Source: a candidate division Zixibacteria bacterium DG_27
GTDB taxonomy: Bacteria > Zixibacteria > MSB-5A5 > DG-27
Direction: 5' to 3'
Length of the DNA stretch: 25,637 nucleotides
Assembly: GCA_001302725.1 (NCBI GenBank)
Contig: LIZU01000002.1
Coordinates: forward strand, 1 to 25,637
Positions 16,682-25,593 of this stretch are shown in pieces (positions within the stretch are counted from its first letter, which is position 1; each line of letters opens with the position of its first letter). Made by a program: the position numbers and the translations under genes. The notes beneath the pieces are model-generated. The model was not told where the DNA came from and ran no database searches. It saw nothing but the letters and a program-made list of their open reading frames with translations.

Positions 16682-17432
16682 GGATGATCCTCAATCCCTC
16701 TAAAGTTAAGGTTAGATTTACCTCTTCTATGATCGACGTCAGTTTGGCCACCAGCGGAGAAAACCCTCCGGTAGCTATCACCTTGACGTTGTCTGCGCCG
16801 AGTTCTCTTCGCATCCTCTTTATGATGCCCTCCACCTGACCTACAGTTCCGTAAATGATCCCGGACTTCAGGCTATCGGTTGTGTTTCTACCCACCACTC
16901 TGCCGGGAGGTTCCAGCCGCACCTTGAAGAGCTGGGCGGCCCTCTTGAAAAGATCCGCGGAGGAGGTCTCCACCCCGGGCGCAATGGCGCCACCCACATA
17001 CTCTCCGGAGGCAGAGATATAGTCGAAGGTGGTGGCGGTCCCGAAGTCGACCACGATCACCGGACCGCCGTATAGATCGTAAGCGGCAACGGCATCCGCC
17101 AGGCGGTCTGCGCCTACCTGCTCGGGATTGTCGTAGACAATCTTGATCCCTAAAGCTGACGAGGCCGAGACCGTCAAAGGTTCCACCGAGAAGTATTTGC
17201 GGCTCATCTCCTCGTAAGCCTGCGTCAAAGCCGGAACCACGGAAGAGAGGCAGACACCGTCTATCTCCCGTGGGGAGATATCGATGCCCTCCAGAAGCTG
17301 TTGGGCCAAAATCCCGCATTCGTCACAGGTCAGTTTCTCGTTGGAGGCGATGCGGAAGAAATTGAGCAGCTTCTCCCCGGAGAAGACCCCCACCACGGTA
17401 TTGGTGTTGCCTACGTCAATGGCCAAAAGCAT
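16662..17432 (-). CDS. coaX: Type III pantothenate kinase
   Basis: MLLAIDVGNTNT, SSVVP, GADRLA, VVDFGTATT, GGAIAPG, VIATGG, LTLEGL. ATG 17432 with an AGGAAG SD is preferred over the TTG at 17453. Confidence 0.95.
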   Translation of the reverse strand: MLLAIDVGNTNTVVGVFSGEKLLNFFRIASNEKLTCDECGILAQQLLEGIDISPREIDGVCLSSVVPALTQAYEEMSRKYFSVEPLTVSASSALGIKIVYDNPEQVGADRLADAVAAYDLYGGPVIVVDFGTATTFDYISASGEYVGGAIAPGVETSSADLFKRAAQLFKVRLEPPGRVVGRNTTDSLKSGIIYGTVGQVEGIIKRMRRELGADNVKVIATGGFSPLVAKLTSIIEEVNLTLTLEGLRIIHARANR

Positions 17433-17533
17433 CGCTCTTCCTGAAACCGGCAAAAGCTTCGTGAACTGGTCTAGATCTCCCTTTCTGAGCTATCTGGGCG
17501 AAGGACCGAAAGGATCCCTCCCGGAGCGGTACT

Positions 17534-17570
17534 AAAAACCTCTGAAGGGGTCCGGCCCTCTTCACAGAGG
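17534..17570 (-). terminator. Intrinsic-terminator-like hairpin between birA and coaX
   Basis: Minus strand CCUCUG(UG)AAG(A)GGG-CCGGA-CCCCUUCAGAGG followed by UUUUU. Confidence 0.6.
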
Positions 17571-17688
17571 CTCTGCCAACTAAAGGCTAGCTTTCCCGGT
17601 AGTCAACCTTCTCTCTAATTTTATAACTCACTCGCCTGCGAAAAGTTTCAAAGTGTTGGGACTTCAGCAAGCCTCGGAAAGCTCGGCG

Positions 17689-18684
17689 CTAAAAAGAGTT
17701 CTCGAAGTGGGTGATTTCCCCACCAGGCAGGAATAACCGTCTTCTTCCCTTTTTCAGTATTAGGGAACCCTCCTCGTCAATATCCTCGGCAATCCCGCTT
17801 AGCAGTTTACCTCCACATCGGATTTTCACGGATCTACCTAAACCAACGGAGCATTCCCGGTAATGGTTCCTAAAGGGAGCCAGCCCCGATTTTGAGAACT
17901 GCAGATAATCCCTCTCGAACTCCAGCAAAAACCGCTTCAAGACTCCAAGCCGAGAGACCTCCTCCCCAAGCTCAACTGCCAGAGAGGTGGCAGTCTTTCT
18001 GAGGTCTTTGGGGAAATCCTCCCTGCGGTTATTGACGTTCATCCCCACCCCAACAATGACGGAATCGACTCCGTTGCCTCTGGTGACCAGCTCCGTCAAT
18101 ATACCACAGACCTTCTTTCGATTTATCAGAACATCGTTGGGCCACTTGGTGGAAAGCTGAATCCCGAAAAGCTCCCCTAAGGAATCGACTACCGCTAAAG
18201 CGGCGCAGATCGAGAGGGCCGGGGCCTTTGCAGGGGGGATAGGGGGGCGAAGGATCAGGGTGAAATATAGCCCGCATTTCGGAGGCGAGTGCCACGACCT
18301 CCCGAGGCGACCTCGACCCTTAGTTTGCTCCTCGGCGACGATTAGAGTTCCTTCGGGAGCACCTGAATCCGCTAATTGCTTGGCGACCTCGTTGGTGGAA
18401 CCGAGAGTTCTGTAGCTGACTATTCTCTTGGCGAAGAGCTTCGTTTTCAGTCCCTCTCGAATTTCCGAGGCGATCAGCAAATCTGGGGCGGTTCTGTATC
18501 TATATCCCAAGCGGCGGTCGCTTTCGATCCCGTAGCCGAACTGCCGCAATTGCGAGATAGTGTGATAAATGCTCTCCCGTTTGAGGTCCAGGCTTTCGGC
18601 CAGGAACCGGCCGGAGACATACTCGCCCGGCGATCGCCTCAACAGAGTTAGAATCTCATCTCGATGCTCTGAAACCTCTGACAA
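17689..18684 (-). CDS. birA: Bifunctional biotin-[acetyl-CoA carboxylase] ligase / biotin repressor (group II, with N-terminal HTH)
   Basis: HTH region (YVSG..LA..L..KRESIY..I.QLR..GY.I..), GSTN, AEEQTKGRGRLGRSW, KWPNDV, KVCGIL, VGVGMNVN; TTG start. Confidence 0.95.
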   Translation of the reverse strand: MSEVSEHRDEILTLLRRSPGEYVSGRFLAESLDLKRESIYHTISQLRQFGYGIESDRRLGYRYRTAPDLLIASEIREGLKTKLFAKRIVSYRTLGSTNEVAKQLADSGAPEGTLIVAEEQTKGRGRLGRSWHSPPKCGLYFTLILRPPIPPAKAPALSICAALAVVDSLGELFGIQLSTKWPNDVLINRKKVCGILTELVTRGNGVDSVIVGVGMNVNNRREDFPKDLRKTATSLAVELGEEVSRLGVLKRFLLEFERDYLQFSKSGLAPFRNHYRECSVGLGRSVKIRCGGKLLSGIAEDIDEEGSLILKKGRRRLFLPGGEITHFENSF

Positions 18685-18729
18685 CGAAGACCTCTGAAAA
18701 CCTCAAAGACTGTTCGGTCTGTTAGAATA

Positions 18730-18748
18730 AAAAGTTATGTTAACTTTT
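18730..18748. promoter_or_regulatory. Palindromic candidate operator in the birA leader
   Basis: AAAAGTTA-TGT-TAACTTTT, a perfect 8-bp inverted repeat containing TATGTTAAC. Confidence 0.4.
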
Positions 18749-18781
18749 AAGGGCCCAATGAGTATGAGCAAAAGTTCACGC

Positions 18782-18810
18782 AGTATAAGCAAACGATTCG
18801 GTTTTGTCAA
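18782..18810 (-). promoter_or_regulatory. Sigma70 promoter for birA
   Basis: Minus strand TTGACA (18810-18805), 17-bp spacer, TATACT (18787-18782); near consensus. Confidence 0.7.
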
Positions 18811-18987
18811 ACCTTTTGCCAAAAAAATCGAAAGTGTCTTTGAAATCTCAAATTTGCGAAGATGAGCCGCCTCCGCTGACTGCTATCTCCGAACTTTCTT
18901 TCAGCATCTCCTTTTAATCTCTTGCCCCGGGGAAGCTTTTTTCTATCTTGGCGCAGTGAAACGAACGAGTTTGACAAGAGGCCGAAC

Positions 18988-20106
18988 TTGATCCTGCTTT
19001 GGTTTTTTCTGATTGCATCCCTTCTATATTTCCTGATCGCCTCCGTTTTAGCTCTGGCCAAAAGCAAGTTCCCGCCCCAAAACCCTGACTACCTCCCTTT
19101 CGTATCGGTGGTCATATCTGCCCGCAACGAAGGCCGCACCATAGGACCGTGCCTCGATTCCCTCTTCGCACAGGACTACCCCGAACACCTTTTTGAAGTG
19201 ATAACGGTCGATGACCGCTCCTCTGACAACACCCCGGAGATTATAGAATCGTACCGGAGAAGGTATCCCCGGCTCAAAGTGATAACGATACGAGAGAAGC
19301 CCGAGGGGCTAACCGGCAAGCAACTCGCCATGGACGCCGGGATAAATCAAGCTCGGGGAGGGATCATAATGACCACCGACGGGGATTGTCTGCTGCCGCC
19401 CGGCTGGATCTCGGAGACGGTCAGATATTTCTCGCCGGAGGTCGGGATGGTGGCCGGCTTCTCTCACTGCGGATTCGGCTCCCTCTTTTCGGGGGTGCAG
19501 TCCTGTGACCACATCTTACTGGAAGGAGTGGCCGCCGCCTTTGTCACCTTCGGGAATCCTCAGAGTTGTATCGGGAACAATCTCTCCTTTCGGAAAGACC
19601 TGTACCAGAACTTGGGAGGCTTTAAGAGGCTCGGTTTCACCGTCACCGAGGACACCGCCCTGATGCAGGCAATCTTTGTCGAGACCGGATCGAAAATCCT
19701 CTTCCCTCAAAACCACAAAACTCTGGTAGTGTGTGAAGCTGCGAAGAGCCTGGGAGATTTCTTCCGTCAACGAAAAAGGTGGCTTCTGGGCGGGATCAAG
19801 ACTCGTATGCTCACCTCCACGGTGACGATAATCGCATTTCTGAGGAATCTCCTGTTTGTCCTTTCGCCGCTTTTCTTGATCTTTCGAACCTCTCTCACCC
19901 CGCTGGTATGGGCCTGGATACTCACTTTCGTATCCGATTTCCTGATTTTATTCAAGCACCGAGCTCTCCTGGGAACCGGTAAGCTATTCACTTACTATCT
20001 CCCCTTTCAGCTCTTTTATCCATTCTACACAAGCGTTCTGGGACTGAGCGTCATCTTCGGCTCGAAGAAGGTGCGCTGGAAGGAAAGAGAATACACCTCC
20101 CCCTGA
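18988..20106 (+). CDS. Membrane GT2 glycosyltransferase (D,D,D,QxxRW type)
   Basis: VSVVISARNEG, VDDRSSD, GKQLAM, TTDGD, IGNNLSFRK, TEDTAL, RQRKRW, with N- and C-terminal TM helices. TTG 18988 is the likely start; the ORF track starts at 18922. Confidence 0.88.
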   Translation: MILLWFFLIASLLYFLIASVLALAKSKFPPQNPDYLPFVSVVISARNEGRTIGPCLDSLFAQDYPEHLFEVITVDDRSSDNTPEIIESYRRRYPRLKVITIREKPEGLTGKQLAMDAGINQARGGIIMTTDGDCLLPPGWISETVRYFSPEVGMVAGFSHCGFGSLFSGVQSCDHILLEGVAAAFVTFGNPQSCIGNNLSFRKDLYQNLGGFKRLGFTVTEDTALMQAIFVETGSKILFPQNHKTLVVCEAAKSLGDFFRQRKRWLLGGIKTRMLTSTVTIIAFLRNLLFVLSPLFLIFRTSLTPLVWAWILTFVSDFLILFKHRALLGTGKLFTYYLPFQLFYPFYTSVLGLSVIFGSKKVRWKEREYTSP

Positions 20107-20211
20107 TGAGGTGGACGGCAGTCGGAGATGATTGCTACACCTGAGGAGCACTGCCCTGAAGGAATTAGGACATAGAAAACAGGAAATAGGAACGCTGCGG
20201 GGTGGATGCCG

Positions 20212-20964
20212 TCAGATCACCTCCGCCGCATCGCTCTTCACCCACCCTTTGACCCCGTTGTCCAGTGCGATGCGGTAGTACGCCTCCCGTCTCTCATCGA
20301 TGGAGAACTCTAACCCCTCGTGGCCGGTGAATTGCAGCGTAAAATCCTCCCCGGGACCGCTGTATATCTTGGCTTCTGTAGAAATGAGAACGCCCCGAGT
20401 TTCAGTCTCCTGACTGTAGATCTTGGCAGCAGTGGGAATGCTTATGATCAAAAGCAGGCAGACAAATATTGTTGCCAGAGTGGTGAAGGCTCGAGTCCTG
20501 TTGCGGCTCAGGAAGTGAAACCCCCAGAGGCAGACAGTCCCCCAGAAAAGGATAGTCCAGATCAGGAAGGCCTCCTCGGCGCTGAAGGCAGAGAGGACTC
20601 CCCTGAATAAAGAGGCGAAGAAGTTCACCTGGGGATACTCCAACCGGTCGATTGTGAACTGTTTGGCGAAGGCCAAGTTGGTCTTGGTTTCCTCATCCCG
20701 GGGATTGAGCTTCAAAGCCCGGCGATATGAGGCTATCGCCCTCCCCACCTCCCCCTCTTTGAAATAGGCATTGCCTAAATTGTAATAGACCTCCAGGCTC
20801 TCAAACCCGGTCTTTAGAATCTTCCTGTAATCCTCGACGGCAGCCTTGTAATTGGCACCGTCATATTTCACAGCTGCGGAGTTGAAGAAGGAATCGACCC
20901 CCGGGGTCGTCTGGCCCCACGCCAATCCGTTAAGGAGAAATGCAAGGAAAAGAACCCTTTTCAT
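20212..20964 (-). CDS. batE: BatE-like TPR + SH3b protein
   Basis: Signal peptide, TPR (YYNLGNAYFK..G.AI..YRRAL.LNP.D), two TM helices, C-terminal SH3b-like GVKGWV; last gene of the bat cluster. Confidence 0.85.
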   Translation of the reverse strand: MKRVLFLAFLLNGLAWGQTTPGVDSFFNSAAVKYDGANYKAAVEDYRKILKTGFESLEVYYNLGNAYFKEGEVGRAIASYRRALKLNPRDEETKTNLAFAKQFTIDRLEYPQVNFFASLFRGVLSAFSAEEAFLIWTILFWGTVCLWGFHFLSRNRTRAFTTLATIFVCLLLIISIPTAAKIYSQETETRGVLISTEAKIYSGPGEDFTLQFTGHEGLEFSIDERREAYYRIALDNGVKGWVKSDAAEVI

Positions 20965-22787
20965 CAGTTCTTCAGGATCTCTTCTAAGTTGTCGATCAAC
21001 CTTTGAGCTTTCCGTAAGAGATCCTGCCTCTGTGAGGGATCATCAGAGGCAGGGGCGAAACGAGCGAAGTCACAATGCTGCAAGAGAGACTTCACCTCCT
21101 GAATCGTCTCGGGAGAGGCTTTTCTGCCTCTCATTTTCTGTTCGATCATCTGGGAGGTCAACCCTGCCGCCGGCAGGTTGAATTTGTCCCCCAGGTAGCC
21201 GCTTAGGGCATCTGTTATCCCCGCATAGAAATCTGTTGGCCTCTCCGCGGACAAAAGCTTCCGGGCGGCTCTGAGTCTTCTGGCACTGCTTCTCCTTGCT
21301 CTCCTCATGCGGGCGTAAGCAACATCAGCGTTCAACCTCTCCTTGCGGTTAGAGTAGATCCAGCAGAAGGCCAGAAAGCCGAGCGGAAGAAGTTGCAGGG
21401 CCAAAAACCAGGCCTGCCGGTAAAGCGCACCCGGCTTTGAGGGTAAAGACAGCTTCGTCTTAAGATACAGGAGGTCTTTGATGCCGGCTCCGATCTCAGA
21501 GTGGCTCACCCCCGGAACCTCGGCTACCAGAGGTTGAGTGGAGGGGAGAGAGGTGACAACAAATGGCCTGGTTGCAACGGTCTCGTAGGCCTTAGTCTCC
21601 GGATTGAAGAAGGTATATTTTACCGCCGGAAAGCTGAACTTGCCCGGAGACTTCGGTATGAACACCTCTTCGAAGATCTTGCTCCCGGAGATCCTCTCGC
21701 TGCGGTTGTTGACGTTCTCGGAGCTTCCGGAGCTGTAATGCCGGAAGTCGGGCAGCTCTGGAAACCTGGGAGGCCCGATGGTCTTTATGTTGCCGACTCC
21801 GGAAACCTTGATTCTCATAGTAATCGGCTGATTCATCTCCACCTTGGCAGTGTCGGCCGAAAGTGAAACCTTGAAGGAACCGACGGCACCGGCGAAGTTC
21901 GGCAGCTCACCGATCTCCGGAAGCGGCAGAACTTTCACCGACTGGGGGTCACTCTTCAATCTGACCTCCCTGCCGCGCGCAAATCCGAAGAAATCATCAT
22001 CGAAGATGCTGAAGGGGTCGCGTCTCCGCTTCTGTCCTTCGACCGTCGCCTTCAGCTCGAAAGGCTCAATGGTGAAATCCCCGGAGGCAGTGGCGAAGAG
22101 GGCCTTTTTGATCTCGTTGACCAGGTAACGCTTCCCCTCGATCACCTGATAATACTGTTTCTGGGGGGATAACTCCTCCACCCAGAAACCGGTGCAAGAA
22201 GGAGAGGTAAGCTGAGGCTGATCCAAAAGCCTGACAGAGGTGTAAAACTTCAGATTTAAAGTAATCTGTTCGCCGACGAAGGCCTCCTTCTTGTCCAACT
22301 TGGATTGGAGGAAAAGCTCCCCCCCGCTGGCGGTGACCTCTCCCTTTATCTCCTCTCCGGAGGGGATCTTTCTCGTCAAAGCTCGGCCTGCTTTCACCAC
22401 GATCTTTATCGGCTGAGTCTGATAGGTTTGACCCTGGTATTTCAGAGTAACGGCCCCGATGTAGAACTGTCCCTCTTTTATCGGAACCATGGCGTAGTTG
22501 TAGGTCACCGAGGAGGAGACCTTCCCATTCACGAAGCTGAAGTTCGTGGATCGTCCAGAAGAGTAGACTTCGAAGTCCTCAATCAAGGGCAGTTCCGGAT
22601 CGGGCACATTCTGCTTCCCGGAGACCTCGATGGTCAAGGTGATCTGATCGTCCAAGCTCACCTCGGTCTTGTCGACGTAAGCCCGGAAGGACAAATCTTG
22701 AGCATTGGCTCCCGTTGCGCACAAGAAAACCAAAAAAAGACAGAGAAACGACTCCTTGACACCTTTTCCGTTTAGCATTTTCCTCAC
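20964..22787 (-). CDS. batD: BatD family protein
   Basis: Signal peptide, repeated Ig-like BatD units (VDKTEVSLDDQITLTI; DKKEAFVGEQITL; GAVGSF), a TM helix near the C-terminus, CDFARFAP. GTGA and TGATG overlaps with its neighbours. Confidence 0.88.
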   Translation of the reverse strand: MRKMLNGKGVKESFLCLFLVFLCATGANAQDLSFRAYVDKTEVSLDDQITLTIEVSGKQNVPDPELPLIEDFEVYSSGRSTNFSFVNGKVSSSVTYNYAMVPIKEGQFYIGAVTLKYQGQTYQTQPIKIVVKAGRALTRKIPSGEEIKGEVTASGGELFLQSKLDKKEAFVGEQITLNLKFYTSVRLLDQPQLTSPSCTGFWVEELSPQKQYYQVIEGKRYLVNEIKKALFATASGDFTIEPFELKATVEGQKRRRDPFSIFDDDFFGFARGREVRLKSDPQSVKVLPLPEIGELPNFAGAVGSFKVSLSADTAKVEMNQPITMRIKVSGVGNIKTIGPPRFPELPDFRHYSSGSSENVNNRSERISGSKIFEEVFIPKSPGKFSFPAVKYTFFNPETKAYETVATRPFVVTSLPSTQPLVAEVPGVSHSEIGAGIKDLLYLKTKLSLPSKPGALYRQAWFLALQLLPLGFLAFCWIYSNRKERLNADVAYARMRRARRSSARRLRAARKLLSAERPTDFYAGITDALSGYLGDKFNLPAAGLTSQMIEQKMRGRKASPETIQEVKSLLQHCDFARFAPASDDPSQRQDLLRKAQRLIDNLEEILKN

Positions 22788-23521
22788 CAGTCCTTCAACA
22801 CCCTTCTCGAGCCCCCAGTGAATCTACGTTGCTCCTTTTGAAGCTCTTTTTCGTCATCTTTCAGAGCGTTTAAAATCCTCTCCGCCTCTTCTCTGCTCAT
22901 TCCCTCCCGTGGTTCCGGTTGCACTTGTGGCTGCTGTTGCGTAGAATCCATTTGAGCTTGCTGTTGTTGCTGCTGTTCTGGTTGCTGAGATTCCTCCTGC
23001 TCTTCTTGCTTTTGCTCTCCCTGTTGTTTCTCTCCCTGTTGATCCTGTGCCTGTTCTTGCTTCTGCTGATCCATCATCTCTTTAAGCTTTTTACGCACGA
23101 ACTCCAGATTGTATTTGGCGTCCATATCGTCGGGGGTGAGATCCAGACATTTCTCGTAGGCTTGGATCGCCTCCGCCAACTTGCCTGCCCGATAGAGCGA
23201 GTTCCCCTGATTGTAATAGGTTTGAGCTTCCAGTGTCGGATTCTCGGTGTAAAACGCCTTATTATACTTTTCAATCGCCTCGTCATACCTTTCCTGTTGA
23301 TACAGGGTGTTGGCCATATTATAATGAAGCTTCGGTTCCTCCGGCTTCTCGATTTCCGCATCCTGATAATGCCTCATAGCCGATTCGTAGTCTTTTCTTG
23401 CGTAAGACTTATTTCCGGCTCTGAGGGCTCCGGAGAAATCATCGGCCCAGGAGGAATCAACCCCCAGCAGTGCAAGACTCAAAAGCAAAATCGCAATGAC
23501 AACCGGTCGATATCTCATCAT
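22784..23521 (-). CDS. batC: BatC-like TPR protein with Q/E-rich linker
   Basis: Signal peptide, TPR repeats (YNMANTLY, YYNQGNSLY, AKYNLE), Gln-rich region, MSREEAERILNAL...KDW ending. ATG 23521 is the likely start; the ORF track starts at 23548. Confidence 0.85.
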   Translation of the reverse strand: MMRYRPVVIAILLLSLALLGVDSSWADDFSGALRAGNKSYARKDYESAMRHYQDAEIEKPEEPKLHYNMANTLYQQERYDEAIEKYNKAFYTENPTLEAQTYYNQGNSLYRAGKLAEAIQAYEKCLDLTPDDMDAKYNLEFVRKKLKEMMDQQKQEQAQDQQGEKQQGEQKQEEQEESQQPEQQQQQQAQMDSTQQQPQVQPEPREGMSREEAERILNALKDDEKELQKEQRRFTGGSRRVLKDW

Positions 23522-23528
23522 CTTCAAG

Positions 23529-24563
23529 CTACTCTGTTTCGGGCTCAATCCACTTTCCTTTACGCACCCTCTTCCTGTCAGTGATAAAACCCTCCAGGGC
23601 GAAACAGAGGACCGCCAAGAAGAGCGGATACTGAAAACGGTCTTCGTATTGGGTCATCAGGCGGCTGGCCAACTCCTTTTTCTCCATTCCGGAGACCTCC
23701 TCGTAAATCTTGTCCAGTTCCATCTCTCCGTATGTGGCACGATAATACTTCCCCCCTGTGGTGAGAGCAATCTTCTGCAGTGCAACCTCATCCAGCTTGC
23801 TCAGAACCACGGAGCCGGAGCGGTCTTTCTTAAAACCTTGCATCTGACCCTGCTCGCCCCTCAGTGGAATCGGTTCCCCCGCGGGCGAGCCAACGCCGAT
23901 AGTGTAAATCTTTATACCCTCTTTGGCGGCAGCCTCAGCGGCCGATTCCAGATCGCCCTCGTGGTCCTCCCCGTCGGTGATGAGAATCAAAACCTTGTAT
24001 TTCCTCTCCTTCTGATTGAAGGCCTTCACCGAGGTGTTTACGGCGTTGGCGATGGCGGTTCCCGGAATCGGGATCGACCTTTCGTCCATTATCTCTAAGA
24101 ACATCTTGGCGGCACCGTAATCCAGAGTCAAAGGACACTGGACGAAGGCCTCCCCGGCGAAAACCACCAGCCCGATGCGGTCGCCCTCCAGTTTGTCCAG
24201 GAGAGTGCGTATCTCCTGTTTAGCCTTCTCCAAGCGGTTAGGTTTGATGTCCTCCGTCAACATCGAGATGGAGGTGTCCAGGGCAATCACCAAATCCAGG
24301 CCTTGCCTCTTCATCATCATCAATCTGGTTCCCAGCTGGGGGCGAGCAGCAGAGATTACCAGAAGGAAGACTCCGACGAACAGCAAAGCTACCTTCAATC
24401 TCCTCTTTCTGGTGCTGACCGAACCGGACAACTTCGCAATCAAATCCAGGTTACCAAAAACCTCCTTGGCTCTCTTTCTGCGATACGAGGCCCAGAGAAA
24501 AAGTACCCACAAAACCGGCAGGATCAAGAGTCCATAGAGATATATGGGCTGAGCGAATCTCAC
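23529..24563 (-). CDS. batB: BatB-like vWA domain membrane protein
   Basis: RFAQP, ARPQLG, MIDAS DTSISM, GLVVFAG, PLTLDY, GTAI, LITDGED, TIGVGS. GTG 24563, one base after the batA stop, is the likely start; the ORF track starts at 24638. Confidence 0.9.
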   Translation of the reverse strand: MRFAQPIYLYGLLILPVLWVLFLWASYRRKRAKEVFGNLDLIAKLSGSVSTRKRRLKVALLFVGVFLLVISAARPQLGTRLMMMKRQGLDLVIALDTSISMLTEDIKPNRLEKAKQEIRTLLDKLEGDRIGLVVFAGEAFVQCPLTLDYGAAKMFLEIMDERSIPIPGTAIANAVNTSVKAFNQKERKYKVLILITDGEDHEGDLESAAEAAAKEGIKIYTIGVGSPAGEPIPLRGEQGQMQGFKKDRSGSVVLSKLDEVALQKIALTTGGKYYRATYGEMELDKIYEEVSGMEKKELASRLMTQYEDRFQYPLFLAVLCFALEGFITDRKRVRKGKWIEPETE

Positions 24564-24564
24564 C

Positions 24565-25557
24565 TTAAGGAATCCTACGAAACTTGCTGTTTGCCAGGAT
24601 AAGCTCCAGACCGATGAAGAGGAAACCGTAGATCGCAAAATAGCCGAAAAGCTCGCTGAACTGCATATACTCCTTCACTTTGATTTCAGTCTTCTCTAAG
24701 GCGCTTATCTCCTCGTAAATTCTCTTGAGGCCCTCGGTGTCTTTGGCCCGGAAGTATCTGCCCTCGGTCGTGGAAGCGATCTTTTTTAAGCTCTCCTCGT
24801 CCAGTTGCACCTGCAGGGGGACATATCTCCGTCCGAAAAGGGGATCGTCGACCGGATAGAGAGCCACACCGGGCTTGCCGGCACCGATGGCGTAAATCTT
24901 GATGTCGAAAGTCCTCGCCAACTCCGCCGCCGTCAAAGGATCGATCTCCCCGGCGTTGTTGACGCCGTCGGTTAGAAGGATAATCACCCTGCTCTTGGCA
25001 TTGGAATCCTTCAGGCGATTGACGGCGTTGGCGATCGAGAGTCCGATGGCGGTGCCGTCCTCGATCATCCCGAAATCGACCTGCTCCAGGAAGCTCAACA
25101 AGACTCCATAATCGAGGGTCAGAGGACACTGGGTGAAGCTCTGTCTTGAAAACACGACCAGGCCGATGCGATCGGAGGTGCGGTCGGCGATGAAATCCCG
25201 GATCACTTCTTTGGCGGCATAGAGGCGATTGTGGGGTTTGAAATCCTCCGCCCGCATGCTCCCCGAGATGTCTAAGACCAACATGATGTCAACCCCCTCG
25301 GTCTCCACGTCGATGCTCTTTCTTCCGGACTGAGGCCTTGCTAAAGCGAGAATCAGAAGGGATAATCCCAAAGCCCGCAGAGCCGCCAGAATGTGTCTCA
25401 GCTTCAGAGTAGTGGAGGGCCTGAGTCTCCTGACCAGATTCAGGTCCGAATATCTGATGCTTGCCCTCTGACCCTTGGTTTTCCTGAAATACCATAAAAG
25501 GTAAAGGGGCACCAGAAAGAGTAATATCAGAAATATCGGGCTAGCAAATTTGAACAT
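24565..25557 (-). CDS. batA: BatA-like vWA domain membrane protein
   Basis: FASP..L.LL, LARPQ, GVDIMLVLDISGSM, DRIGLVVF, GTAIG, LLTDGVNNAG, IYAIGAG, GRYFRA, IYEEI..LE. Confidence 0.92.
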   Translation of the reverse strand: MFKFASPIFLILLFLVPLYLLWYFRKTKGQRASIRYSDLNLVRRLRPSTTLKLRHILAALRALGLSLLILALARPQSGRKSIDVETEGVDIMLVLDISGSMRAEDFKPHNRLYAAKEVIRDFIADRTSDRIGLVVFSRQSFTQCPLTLDYGVLLSFLEQVDFGMIEDGTAIGLSIANAVNRLKDSNAKSRVIILLTDGVNNAGEIDPLTAAELARTFDIKIYAIGAGKPGVALYPVDDPLFGRRYVPLQVQLDEESLKKIASTTEGRYFRAKDTEGLKRIYEEISALEKTEIKVKEYMQFSELFGYFAIYGFLFIGLELILANSKFRRIP

Positions 25558-25593
25558 CTGCGTCGTACTTTTTAGCGACCGTATTGCGGAACT

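Noticed and set aside
20132-20171. GGCAGT...ACTGCC stem and tandem TGA TGA after the GT2 gene (possible SECIS or read-through)
   Set aside because: Only a 6-bp stem; the double stop argues for termination, and the protein is complete.
22930-23075. CAG/CAA-rich low-complexity tract in batC as a possible contingency repeat
   Set aside because: Imperfect and codon-mixed; a Gln/Glu-rich linker is normal for BatC-like proteins.
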